Below are positions 8,455-17,229 of a stretch of 32,000 bases of DNA, one piece after another. This DNA comes from Pseudodesulfovibrio mercurii (GTDB lineage: Bacteria > Desulfobacterota > Desulfovibrionia > Desulfovibrionales > Desulfovibrionaceae): the NCBI RefSeq assembly GCF_000189295.2, contig NC_016803.1, positions 2,430,001-2,462,000 on the forward strand, given 5' to 3'. Each line of letters starts with the position of its first letter. Position 1 is the first letter of the stretch. Below the pieces are notes generated by a model. That model saw nothing but the letters and a program-made list of their open reading frames with translations, did not search any database and was not told where the DNA came from. A program made the position numbers and the translations under genes.

Positions 8455-8530
8455 GTCCCCATCGTCTAGTGGCCTAGGACTCCGGCCTCTCACGCCGGCA
8501 ACAGGGGTTCAAACCCCCTTGGGGACGCCA
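8455..8530 (+). tRNA. tRNA-Glu (anticodon CUC)
   Basis: 76 nt. Acceptor GTCCCCA/TGGGGAC, anticodon loop CTCTCAC, T-arm AGGGGTTCAAACCCCT, discriminator G plus CCA. It is colinear with E. coli tRNA-Glu as I recall it. Confidence 0.9.
8486..8530 (+). repeat. attL: 45-nt direct repeat (3' half of tRNA-Glu)
   Basis: CCTCTCACGCCGGCAACAGGGGTTCAAACCCCCTTGGGGACGCCA recurs at 28141-28185 with one mismatch (A8501 vs G28156). Confidence 0.85.
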
Positions 8531-8539
8531 AGACAAATC

Positions 8540-8577
8540 AACGGGTTACGGTGAATGCCGTAACCCGTTTCTTGTTT
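8540..8577 (+). terminator. tRNA-distal hairpin/terminator (copy on the integrase side)
   Basis: 12-bp stem AACGGGTTACGG / CCGTAACCCGTT followed by TCTTGTTT. It is a diverged paralogue of the hairpin at 28196-28234. Confidence 0.6.
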
Positions 8578-8615
8578 ACGTGGCTCGTCCGCGTGGCTCG
8601 AGCGCCACGTCAGCA

Positions 8616-9701
8616 TCACCGGACCAACTTCAGGGCGGGCGATTCCCTGTCCCCGTCATTCCGCCAGGCCGCATCCAAGGCATCCACCGCGCCGGTGCTT
8701 TTCTTGACCTTGTGGATGTATCGCTGGGTCGTCGCAATGGACTTGTGACGAAGCAACTGCTGCACTTCCACGATGGTCGCCCCGTTATGGATGGCGATGC
8801 TGGCGGACAGGTGGCGGATTCCGTGATAACCGAAGTTCCTCACGCCGACATCGGCACACAGCCGCCGCAGCCAACGGTTGTTGATGTCCAGAAGGCCTTC
8901 GAACCGGCTTCCGAACACCAGTTCCTCGTCCCTGGACATCAGCATCCATTCCGCCAGGTGCGCCCTGAGCATGTCGGAAATGGGCAGCTCGTCGAACTCG
9001 GCATTCCCGCTTCTGCGCTTGTTGGTCCAGAAACCGATCATGCCCGTGGCCAGATTGACTTCCGAGCACTTGAGCTTCCACAATTCGCCCCGGCGGGCAG
9101 CCGTGTGGAACGCCAGCAGAAGCAGTTGCCGTTGCAAGGGCGTTGCCGCATCCACGACCTTGCGGAAGTCCTCAAGGGGCGGAACCCACCTCGGGTGGCG
9201 CTGCTCTGGGAACTTGTCCACGGATCGGAACGGATTCGTCTTGTCCATTCCCAGATACCGCGCACCCCACTTCCAGGCGGCGGCAAGGTTTTTCCGGTCC
9301 CGATTGGCCGTGTTCCCCGTGGTCTGCTGCTTGAGCCGACTCAGGTGGTTCAGGGCCACCACAGGGCTGATCTCATGAACCAGCTGTGTCGGTCTTGCCG
9401 TCATTTCGAACAACCGTCGAAACGCAAGGCGCTTGTCCGAGCAGCTTCCCTTGGACCATGTGGCCGTGGCGTAATCCATGTAGGCATTCGCCCAATCCCC
9501 GACCAGGACTTCCAGGCCCACGCGATGCATGTCCTTTCGTTTTTCCGCATCGGCGAGCTCCAAGGCTTCTCGGGTCTTGTTTTCCCATTTTTCCGCGTCT
9601 TTCATTTTGTCAAAGAGCTGGGTGCGCCTGATCTGCCGCGACCCGTCGGTGGGTGTGTACCGCACGGCCCCACGCCACCGTTTTCCTTCCTTATAAGGCA
9701 T
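8616..9701 (-). CDS. int: tyrosine-type site-specific integrase
   Basis: 361 aa. The C-terminal catalytic region reads HGIRHLSASIAI...LLRHKSIATTQRYIH (H-x-x-R...Y). An AGGAG RBS lies 9 nt upstream of the ATG. Confidence 0.9.
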   Translation of the reverse strand: MPYKEGKRWRGAVRYTPTDGSRQIRRTQLFDKMKDAEKWENKTREALELADAEKRKDMHRVGLEVLVGDWANAYMDYATATWSKGSCSDKRLAFRRLFEMTARPTQLVHEISPVVALNHLSRLKQQTTGNTANRDRKNLAAAWKWGARYLGMDKTNPFRSVDKFPEQRHPRWVPPLEDFRKVVDAATPLQRQLLLLAFHTAARRGELWKLKCSEVNLATGMIGFWTNKRRSGNAEFDELPISDMLRAHLAEWMLMSRDEELVFGSRFEGLLDINNRWLRRLCADVGVRNFGYHGIRHLSASIAIHNGATIVEVQQLLRHKSIATTQRYIHKVKKSTGAVDALDAAWRNDGDRESPALKLVR

Positions 9702-9730
9702 TGTCCTTTCTCCTTAATAGGGAAGGCCGC

Positions 9731-10012
9731 TTACCGGGATTCACGCTGCCATAGCTTGTGTTTGTCGGTCAAATTCTTCCGCTGCCGCTTTTTAGGCATG
9801 GGGATATCGTCTGGCTGATCCGATGCTCCCACTGTGTTCCGTGCCTCGTAGGCGTCCACGTGTTCCCGGCGAAACCGGATTCCACGCGACCCGACAATGA
9901 AGGCCTTCAGGCGGACCTTCATATCGCGACGCCTGACAAGGCTTTCGGAAATTCCCAAAAGCTGGGCAACTTGTTTAACCGTCAACACATCATCCACGTT
10001 CACGACCTTCAA
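9731..10012 (-). CDS. AlpA/MerR-like HTH protein, probable excisionase/regulator
   Basis: 93 aa. LTVKQVAQLLGISESLVRR...GIRFRREHVDAY is typical of Xis/AlpA-type HTH proteins. It sits 29 bp upstream of int on the same strand. Confidence 0.65.
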   Translation of the reverse strand: MKVVNVDDVLTVKQVAQLLGISESLVRRRDMKVRLKAFIVGSRGIRFRREHVDAYEARNTVGASDQPDDIPMPKKRQRKNLTDKHKLWQRESR

Positions 10013-10142
10013 CCGGTTTCGTCGAGCCGGACATCCTGACGCTCAACACACCAGTTCAACACTCCCGGCATGCGCAAAGTCAAACGGCTGGAGGGGGAAA
10101 AGAATAAAAAAACGACCCCGCCGGGAAATGGCGGGGCCGCAT

Positions 10143-11102
10143 CTAATAGGAACTGCCCAGATAGGCGTTCGATATGTCACGGCGACCGGGGGAATGCCCT
10201 GCCGCTTCCTCGATGGCGTCTCGCGCTTCGTTGTCGAGCCGGGGCCATTCGTCCCCGACCGTTGCCTGGGCTGCCTCCTGGAACACCTGCACGCTCTCGT
10301 GCTGGTTGGGCGGCTCAAAGCCCGCGTGATTCACATACATTTGATGAAACCTTTCGTGCCGAAGACCGTGCAAGGTTCCTCCGGCATTCTTACCGGCAAG
10401 GCCGTGTTTCCTGGCCGCATAGTCCAGCCGGTGCAGCCAGTTGTCGCCCATGCCCTCGGGCATGAGGTTGTGAATACCCTTCCTGTTGGAGGGGGACACG
10501 TATTCCTCGGCTCGTTCAAGAGCCGCTTCCTGTTGCCGGGACAGACCATGCAGGGTCCGAGGCCTGCCGCCCTTTGTCCCGTACTGAACGAGAAGGCTAT
10601 GGTTTTCCCGGTCCCAATCGTTGGGCAGGTCCAGCTTGGCTGATTCTTCCCGACGCAGCCCGAGCTCATACATCAGCTCGATCTGAGCCGCCGCCCGGCC
10701 GGCATGCCGGAACGACGCGTCGTTCCGCATGCTGGCCAGGGATTCTTTAACCATATCCGGGATGACCGCGCGGGACGCCTGATTGGCGATGGAGCCGCGC
10801 CGCACCCCGAAGGTCGCGTTGCTATTGCTGATATTGTCGTTCTCGTAGGCTCGGCAGACGTGGCGGGCAGCGGTGAAGACTTCGGCAATCCTGCCGTCGC
10901 CCACGCCGTCCGCACGCATGGTATCCGCCACGCTCTGGAAGTGCCTGTTTGTCACCTTGGTCCACTTCTCGACCCCCATGTTCGCCTGGCGCAAAACATC
11001 GACGAAATGGCGGGCCGTCTGGCGGATTCGGTGTTGTTTCGATTTTGGCCCGGACAAGGTTGCCCGGTTCGCCGCAAACTTGAGGCTGTCGGATTTTCCC
11101 AT
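10143..11102 (-). CDS. integrase-domain protein (divergent tyrosine-recombinase-like, Phage_int_SAM_2/Integrase_1-type architecture)
   Basis: 319 aa. The N-terminal helical region resembles plasmid integrase-domain proteins. It contains GGRPRTL and GGTLHGLRHERFH (H-x-L-R-H-like), with C-terminal Tyr residues (SNAYLGSSY). The call is from memory of the family, not from a search. Confidence 0.45.
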   Translation of the reverse strand: MGKSDSLKFAANRATLSGPKSKQHRIRQTARHFVDVLRQANMGVEKWTKVTNRHFQSVADTMRADGVGDGRIAEVFTAARHVCRAYENDNISNSNATFGVRRGSIANQASRAVIPDMVKESLASMRNDASFRHAGRAAAQIELMYELGLRREESAKLDLPNDWDRENHSLLVQYGTKGGRPRTLHGLSRQQEAALERAEEYVSPSNRKGIHNLMPEGMGDNWLHRLDYAARKHGLAGKNAGGTLHGLRHERFHQMYVNHAGFEPPNQHESVQVFQEAAQATVGDEWPRLDNEARDAIEEAAGHSPGRRDISNAYLGSSY

Positions 11103-11601
11103 TGGAATTCTCCTTCCGTTAAAGGTTCGGGGCAGCGCCCCGGGGCCAAGCAGGTCGGACTTTTCCCGTTATCCGGGAAAGACCTGCCTGTGGCGGTAAA
11201 CCCGCCACGCATCACCAGCTAAGGGAAGAATGAATGCCCGTTTCCCATTGGAAGAAGATTCCGGAAGACCCAGTCAATAAGGGGTGCTGCCCCGCAAGCG
11301 CATACGTCTTGCGGATAGAATGGCAGCCGTAGGGGAAGTGCGGCAATGACAAGCGTAGATACTTGCCATTCCACCATCGGCGGGTGCTGCGTTACAGCCT
11401 GCGTGTTTGGATTCTGAAATGGCCGTTTGTTTGGAAAACGGCGCGTGGATCGTTGAAGCTCAAGGCTTCTTCATGCGTCATCAGTTCGGACTTCGTCACG
11501 AACTTATGACGCGCGTCAATGCGTCTCACCTCCTTTTGGTTACGGAATTATCCGGTGGATATGCCCCACCATATGACGCCGCGAAATCTTCGCGCAAGCT
11601 C

Positions 11602-11637
11602 CGGCGGGACGATTTCTTCACCTCCCGCCGTTTTTTT
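11602..11637 (+). terminator. terminator-like hairpin plus T7 run in a gene-poor region
   Basis: CGGCGGGA (11602-11609) pairs with TCCCGCCG (11623-11630) across a 13-nt loop, followed by TTTTTTT (11631-11637). No convincing upstream CDS. Confidence 0.35.
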
Positions 11638-11807
11638 CGCGAGCGTGACGCAAGCAGCCGCCGAGGCAAGGCCAAGCCCTTCGGGCGGACGCTTCGCGAT
11701 CCGGCCTTGCCCCGACGACTTTACTTGCGTCGTGATTACCGCAGGCGACGGCGAGAGGGATGGCGGTTTCGACTCCGGCTCAAGGGATATTCCCTGGCCC
11801 TTGCTCT

Positions 11808-11892
11808 CGCATCCATCCCAAAAACAGTAACAAACTTCTTGCTGCTGTTTACTAACTTATTACTTAATCTAATTAATAGACAAGTTACTTAC
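11808..11892 (+). repeat. AT-rich module R1 (paralogue of R2)
   Basis: CGCATCCATCCCAAAAAC...CTTCTTGCTGCTG...TAACTTATTACTTAAT aligns with 11964-12050. The two share CGCATCCA, CCCAAAAA, TCTTGCT, TAACTTATT and TTACTTAAT. Confidence 0.7.
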
Positions 11893-11963
11893 CACTGTTG
11901 ATGATGTGGTTGGTTAACTCGATTTTGAATCCGGCTCAGGGGCTATCCCGTGGTCCGCGCTCA

Positions 11964-12050
11964 CGCATCCACCCAAAAAAGCGACAACCCTCTTGCTATT
12001 GGTAATTAACTTATTTATTATCTTAACTAAGCAACTAATTACTTAATTAT
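11964..12050 (+). repeat. AT-rich module R2 (promoter/operator region of the HTH-MTase operon)
   Basis: See R1. It lies directly upstream of the ATG at 12074. Confidence 0.7.
11993..12021 (+). promoter_or_regulatory. sigma70-like promoter inside R2
   Basis: -35 TTGCTA (11993-11998), 17-nt spacer, -10 TATTAT (12016-12021). It is ~52 nt upstream of the HTH gene start. Confidence 0.45.
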
Positions 12051-12073
12051 GTTAACAAGGCAGTTGATTAATC

Positions 12074-12562
12074 ATGACTGAAGACAGCGTCGTTGACCTC
12101 ACCCCTGTGAAGACTCCGGAACAATTGTTGAAGGAAGAAGTGGGGCTTTATCTGAAGATTGTCCGGGAGACTCAGGGCAAGCCTTTGCGGTGGGTGGCCC
12201 AGAAGTTGGGGGTCTCCAACTCGTTCATATCCCAGATCGAAAAGGGGGACGCTTCGATTCCACTGGATCGGGTACTGGACTTCTCCCTTGCCTATGATCT
12301 TCCTGTGCCGGAGTTCGTTCGAATCGTTCTCGTCACCATGCACAATGACACATATCGAGCGCTGATGAGCATACTGGAGAATGACCCGGAAATGGCTAAT
12401 GCCGCCAACCGTTGCCACACGATTGCAAATCCCAAAGAACGAGCCAAGCGGCGCAAAGTTCTCAACCCTGGGCTGAGTTCAAAATCGCTTCAACGAATGC
12501 GGGAATTCATTTTGGAAAACCAAAAGCCGACGTATGGAAAACCGGTGGCAGGTGACTCGTGA
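12074..12562 (+). CDS. XRE-family HTH regulator (C-protein-like position upstream of a MTase)
   Basis: 162 aa. The HTH reads PLRWVAQKLGVSNSFISQIEKGDASIPLDRVLDF. Its stop overlaps the MTase GTG start (GTGA). Confidence 0.75.
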   Translation: MTEDSVVDLTPVKTPEQLLKEEVGLYLKIVRETQGKPLRWVAQKLGVSNSFISQIEKGDASIPLDRVLDFSLAYDLPVPEFVRIVLVTMHNDTYRALMSILENDPEMANAANRCHTIANPKERAKRRKVLNPGLSSKSLQRMREFILENQKPTYGKPVAGDS

Positions 12563-13287
12563 TTGATCTACGGAAACAAGACCACCTGGGGGTAACCTCG
12601 TCGTCCGATGACGGCGACATCCACAACGATGACGCGTTCCTTTTTTTGGAGAATTGTCCTTCCCACCGGTACGAGGCCATAATCACGGACCCGCCTTTCG
12701 AGATCGGTATCGCTGGCAAGGATTGGGATTGCAAAAAGCTTCGGACCGACGTTCTAGCCTACCAATTCTATCGCGTTCTGAAACCTGGCGGCAATGTCTT
12801 TGTATTCTGCTCGGATTTTCAATTCGGCGATTGGTATCGGGAGCTTTCCCGCTATTTTACCAAGTTGCGCAAGTATGCTTGGTGCAAACCGGATTCGCGA
12901 AGCACCAACAAGGGGATGTTTCAGGAGAGCTTCGAACTCGGGCTGCATGTGTGCTCAGAAAATTCATATTTCGACAAGGAAGGCCGCTATAAAAATTATG
13001 TGGTCGCTGGAAAAACATCAGGGAATGAACGGATGATGCCTGACCCCGATGAGGAATGGTCAACCAAGAAGGGCGAAAAGACCCTTCACCCAACGCAAAA
13101 AAAATTGTCGGTAATCGAAACGCTGGTTACCGCATTGAGCAAAGAAGGCGACACCATTTTTGATCCCTTCGCAGGCACCGGAACGCTCGGGGTCGCAGCC
13201 AAAAATTTGGGTAGAAAATTCGAGATGGTCGAGTACGGCTTCCGAAACCACATCGCTGCATGGGACAGGATTTTAGGGGAAGAGTAA
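12559..13287 (+). CDS. beta-class N6-adenine/N4-cytosine DNA methyltransferase (N6_N4_Mtase type), no adjacent endonuclease
   Basis: 242 aa. Motif IV is ITDPPF (aa 42-47) and the AdoMet motif I FDPFAGTGT lies near the C-terminus, i.e. the IV-then-I order of the beta class. Confidence 0.8.
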   Translation: MIDLRKQDHLGVTSSSDDGDIHNDDAFLFLENCPSHRYEAIITDPPFEIGIAGKDWDCKKLRTDVLAYQFYRVLKPGGNVFVFCSDFQFGDWYRELSRYFTKLRKYAWCKPDSRSTNKGMFQESFELGLHVCSENSYFDKEGRYKNYVVAGKTSGNERMMPDPDEEWSTKKGEKTLHPTQKKLSVIETLVTALSKEGDTIFDPFAGTGTLGVAAKNLGRKFEMVEYGFRNHIAAWDRILGEE

Positions 13288-13309
13288 GGCCAAACACCAA
13301 CAAGCCGAA

Positions 13310-14068
13310 TTAATATTCGAGACGAAGCTCGACTGCCCTATTCAACTTCATCCTAAGATGTTCCCATTTTGGGACGACTCGGGACAACAGGCGATAAAAC
13401 GCTGCCGAGTGGTTCCTGACGCGCAAATGGCAAAGTTCGTGGAAAATCACGTACTCGATGCAATCCTTCGGCGCTGCGACAAGCTCAGGGTTCAGGATGA
13501 TCGTACCGCTATTGGTACAGCTTCCCCAACGTTTTCGCATCCGAAGCATTCGCCACTCCGGAACGGTTTTCACGCCCATCCCGGAAGTTCTCTCCAGGCA
13601 CGATCCCACCAGGGAATGGAAAATCGCATCCGCCCGATCACGAAGCCACGCATCCACCAGTTTCTTGGCCACATCTGCGCCATCCTGGGCCAGGAGGGTC
13701 ACTTCCAGATGCGCTCCTTTGAGCTTGGCTGAACGTTCGTGGCCAACCAACAGCTTCAACCGATATTGCCGTCCCAGATACCTGACTTCCTCGCCGGAGA
13801 CATATCGCCTGGCCGGGATGGCCGGGGGATAAGCCGCGAATATCCTCTGCTGCTTGAGGACCCAAGCTCCCCGGCTTTTTACCTTGGCCGCTATCTCATC
13901 GACAGTTGCCGTCCGAGGCGTATCCGTGACGACGGTACCATCGGGGAAGACATGGATGGCCAAGGTCTTCCTGGTCGCTGGCCGGATGGAGTAATCGATT
14001 CTGGTGGTCCCGTAATGTACGGAACCGCGGGCTGGCAAATCAGGCAAGGTCACGTCTCTTGGCAACAA
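13310..14068 (-). CDS. YgjP/DUF45-type zinc metallopeptidase-like protein (M48-related)
   Basis: 252 aa with HELCHLRVRNHS (HExxH...H). The annotated start is TTG and overlaps the hsdR 3' end by 29 nt; an in-frame GTG at 14053 is an alternative. Confidence 0.7.
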   Translation of the reverse strand: MLPRDVTLPDLPARGSVHYGTTRIDYSIRPATRKTLAIHVFPDGTVVTDTPRTATVDEIAAKVKSRGAWVLKQQRIFAAYPPAIPARRYVSGEEVRYLGRQYRLKLLVGHERSAKLKGAHLEVTLLAQDGADVAKKLVDAWLRDRADAIFHSLVGSCLERTSGMGVKTVPEWRMLRMRKRWGSCTNSGTIILNPELVAAPKDCIEYVIFHELCHLRVRNHSAAFYRLLSRVVPKWEHLRMKLNRAVELRLEY

Positions 14069-17000
14069 GAATCAATTTATCGATGACAGCATCTATCACT
14101 TCGCCGGGAAATGTCACACCGGATGATTCCGAAGCGTCATACAAAACGTCTTCAATATCGTTCTTCATTTCGTTGACAATATCAATATTGTCGCTCCAAT
14201 CCCTGATTTTCCTGGATGTTACGGCGTCGTCTATGGATATCGCCATCTGGGGCAAGGAAGCTTCGGCGATCTGCCCCTCCAGCATTTCCCCCAGGATTCC
14301 GAAGTAAACGGCGGCTTCGTCCTTGCCCTTGAGGGACGGCGGCAGGTTGCCACGTTCCCCCTGTTGCAAGTCATCCAGCAGTCCCCGCATCTTGCCGAGA
14401 TATTCGGCATCGGAAAGCCGGTGCGCACGATGGCTGCTGATGGTTTCGTTGATGATTTCCGACAGACGCTTGAAGAGGACCGGGTCCTCGTCCATTCGGA
14501 CGGTGATCGTTTTCTTCACCCGGGCCGCGATGTGGTCGGCCTTGGCGGCATCCCCCTGGATCAGCTCCAACTGTTGCTCGAAGGCGTCCACGGCAAAGAT
14601 ATCCACCGGGGCGACCACCTCCTGCACGGCATCCGCTCCGATGTGCTTGCTGACCATGTTCTTGAGCTGCTGCTCGTAGGCCGAGTAATCCACGGCCTCG
14701 CCAAACCGACGCTTGACGGCGTTGCGAAGGTTTAGGAAATCCTTCAAATCGGCCTTGTACCGGCGGATCGTCTTTTCGGGCGTATTGTCTAGAAACCGCG
14801 CGCTGCTCAGCGCCAGTTGCAGGGTGTTGGCAAAGAGGCGCAGGGCATCGTAAAACCGCTCCCGGATGTCTTCCGGCTCCAGAGCCAGTTGCATGGCCTC
14901 GATGTCCACCTTGTTCCCGACTTCCTTGAAAATCTCCCAGACATTAGCGTGCCTGGCCTTAAGTTGTTCGATCTCGCCGCTGACGTCGAGAATGGTATTC
15001 TCGATGTCGGCCCGGTCGAACCCTTCCTTTTCCAGGGCGGCATAGGTGTCGATGGCTTCATTCAAGGCCCCGAAGATGCCCCGGTAATCCACAACCAAGC
15101 CGTAATCCTTGCCGTCCCACAAACGGTTCACCCGGGCGATGGCCTGAAGGATGTTGTGCTCCTTGAGGTTCTTGTCCAGGTAAAGGACGCTGTTCCGGGG
15201 CGCGTCGAACCCGGTTAAAAGCTTGTCGATGACGATCAGGATTTCGGGGTCGTCATTGTGGTTGAAGGCGTTGATGATGCTTTCGAGATACTGCTTCTCG
15301 TTGCCATACCGGCGCATCATGTCGTTCCAGAACACCTGCACCTCGGGTATCTTGAATTCATCGGTGGAGGTGTTGCCCTCTCGGCTGTCGGGGGAAGACA
15401 TGACCACGGCCACGGAGACTTCGTCCTGTTCCTCGAAACACCGAAGGTAGGCCAGAGCCGCCGGGCGGCTGGCAACCGCGAACTGGGCTTTCTTGCCGGT
15501 TCCCTTGCAAAACTGCTTGAAATGCTGGGCGATGTCATAAGCGACTTCGGCAATCCGCGACTCGGCGGAAAAGAGCTGCTCGGCCTGCCTGAACTTCTTT
15601 TTGAGGTCGCGTTTCTGCTCGGGAGTCAGCCCTTCGGTAATACGATCAAACCACTTGTCCAGTTCGGCATCGTCCCCGTGCAGTTCGCTCATGCGGCCTT
15701 CGTACCTGAGCGGGGCCACGGCCCGATCCTGGACAGCCTGGTTCATGGTGTACTTGTGGATGAAGCCGCCGAACTGGTCGGCCGTGCTCTTCTCTTTCTT
15801 CAGGAGTGGAGTACCCGTGAAGCCGATATAACAGGCGTTGGGGAAGACCACGCGCATCTTGGCATGGCTCTGGCCGTATTGGCTGCGATGGCTTTCGTCC
15901 ACCAGCACGAAAATGTTCCGGTCCTCGTCCTTGGTGCGCTTGTTGGCCACGGTCTCGAACTTATCGATGATGGTGGTGACGATGGAGGCGCGTTCCCCGG
16001 CAATGAGCTTGAGCAGGTGTTCCCCGGTCCGGGCTTGGACCACGTCCTTGCCGCACGCCTTGAAGGTCTTGGAAATCTGGTTGTCCAGGTCGATGCGGTC
16101 GGTGACGATGACCACCTTGGGATTCTTGATGCGGGGGTCGAGCGCCAGGGCCTTGGCGAGCATGACCATGGTCAGGGACTTGCCCGATCCCGTGGTGTGC
16201 CAGATGACCCCGCCCCGGCGGCGGCTGTCGCCCTTGACGTCGGTGACCCGATCCACCGTGGCCTTGACCGCGAAATATTGCTGGTAGCGGGCGATTTTCT
16301 TGATGCGGCTGTCGTAGATGATGAAACCGTATATGAGTTCCAGGAGCCGCTCCGGGCGCAGGAGGGAATGCAGGGTCTTGTCTTGCGGCGTGGGGGTGCG
16401 ATGCCCGGAAGTGAGGATACGTGTCAGGGCTTCCCGCTGTTCGTCCGTGGCCTCGGCCATGAGCCGGAACCGTTGCGCTTCGGCCAAGGGTGCGTTGACG
16501 ATGGCGTCCAGGGCTTCGTTTTGGCCGTCAGCGTCCTCTTCCTTCCAGATCGACCAGAACTTCGCATCCGTGTCCGTGGTGGCGTACATGGCCCGATTCT
16601 GGCTGATTGAAAGCAATATCTGGCTGTAGATGTACAACTCCGGGATTTCCGTGACCCGCTGGTTGCGCAGGTGCTGGCTGATGCCTTCCTTGATGGCCCC
16701 GCGCTGGTCGGGCCGCTTGCACTCGATGATGGCCACGGGAATGCCGTTGACGAACAGCACGATGTCCGGCCGGCGCACGGCATCGGAATGGCGCCGCTCG
16801 AACTCGAATTCGTCGCACATGTGGTAGACGTTGTTTTCCGGGTGTTCCCAATCGATATATTTCAGGGAATGGCTTTTCACGGACCCGTCGATGGTCTGTT
16901 CCAGGCTGATGCCCAGGGTGAGCAGGTCATAGACCTGTTCGCTGGTGGCGATCAGACTGTCAAACGGCACCTGGGCGATTTCCCGAACGGCACGCGCGAT

Positions 17001-17219
17001 ATTGGCATCCGAAAACTCGTGCCTCTGCCCCTTGAAGGTGATGGAATTCATCTCCCGCAACCGGGCTTCCAACACGTCCAGCAGGACCGGCATGGACTTG
17101 CGTCCCCCACGCATGGCCAGGGCCTTGATGGGCGGAACATATTCGTAACCGAGCTGTTCCAGCAAGATCAGGGCAGGGGCGTGAGATGCGGTGTATTCCT
17201 TGAAATCGATGCTATTCAT
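14040..17219 (-). CDS. hsdR: type I restriction enzyme, R (helicase-nuclease) subunit
   Basis: 1059 aa. Motifs: TGSGKSLTM (Walker A), VLVDESHRSQ (DEAH box variant), GFTGTP, LTGFDAP. The N-terminal nuclease region includes PDIVLFVNGIPVAIIECK. Confidence 0.92.
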   Translation of the reverse strand: MNSIDFKEYTASHAPALILLEQLGYEYVPPIKALAMRGGRKSMPVLLDVLEARLREMNSITFKGQRHEFSDANIARAVREIAQVPFDSLIATSEQVYDLLTLGISLEQTIDGSVKSHSLKYIDWEHPENNVYHMCDEFEFERRHSDAVRRPDIVLFVNGIPVAIIECKRPDQRGAIKEGISQHLRNQRVTEIPELYIYSQILLSISQNRAMYATTDTDAKFWSIWKEEDADGQNEALDAIVNAPLAEAQRFRLMAEATDEQREALTRILTSGHRTPTPQDKTLHSLLRPERLLELIYGFIIYDSRIKKIARYQQYFAVKATVDRVTDVKGDSRRRGGVIWHTTGSGKSLTMVMLAKALALDPRIKNPKVVIVTDRIDLDNQISKTFKACGKDVVQARTGEHLLKLIAGERASIVTTIIDKFETVANKRTKDEDRNIFVLVDESHRSQYGQSHAKMRVVFPNACYIGFTGTPLLKKEKSTADQFGGFIHKYTMNQAVQDRAVAPLRYEGRMSELHGDDAELDKWFDRITEGLTPEQKRDLKKKFRQAEQLFSAESRIAEVAYDIAQHFKQFCKGTGKKAQFAVASRPAALAYLRCFEEQDEVSVAVVMSSPDSREGNTSTDEFKIPEVQVFWNDMMRRYGNEKQYLESIINAFNHNDDPEILIVIDKLLTGFDAPRNSVLYLDKNLKEHNILQAIARVNRLWDGKDYGLVVDYRGIFGALNEAIDTYAALEKEGFDRADIENTILDVSGEIEQLKARHANVWEIFKEVGNKVDIEAMQLALEPEDIRERFYDALRLFANTLQLALSSARFLDNTPEKTIRRYKADLKDFLNLRNAVKRRFGEAVDYSAYEQQLKNMVSKHIGADAVQEVVAPVDIFAVDAFEQQLELIQGDAAKADHIAARVKKTITVRMDEDPVLFKRLSEIINETISSHRAHRLSDAEYLGKMRGLLDDLQQGERGNLPPSLKGKDEAAVYFGILGEMLEGQIAEASLPQMAISIDDAVTSRKIRDWSDNIDIVNEMKNDIEDVLYDASESSGVTFPGEVIDAVIDKLILVAKRRDLA

Positions 17220-17229
17220 TGGTGATCTC

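Noticed and set aside
11398-11529. Short minus-strand ORF (~29-46 aa) downstream of an AGGAGGTG
   Set aside because: The only canonical start (ATG, first base at 11481) is ~45 nt from the SD. The in-frame GTG lies inside the SD itself, and ATT would be a rare start. The evidence is insufficient.
11407-11901. 164-aa plus-strand ORF in the gene-poor island region
   Set aside because: Its second half is Arg-rich. It runs through a terminator-like hairpin and into AT-rich repeat R1, and it has no RBS.
11800-12070. CRISPR array or tandem-repeat locus
   Set aside because: There are only two diverged ~85-bp copies separated by ~70 bp, with no regular short repeat-spacer periodicity and no cas genes. 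No CRISPR-like periodicity was seen anywhere in the window.
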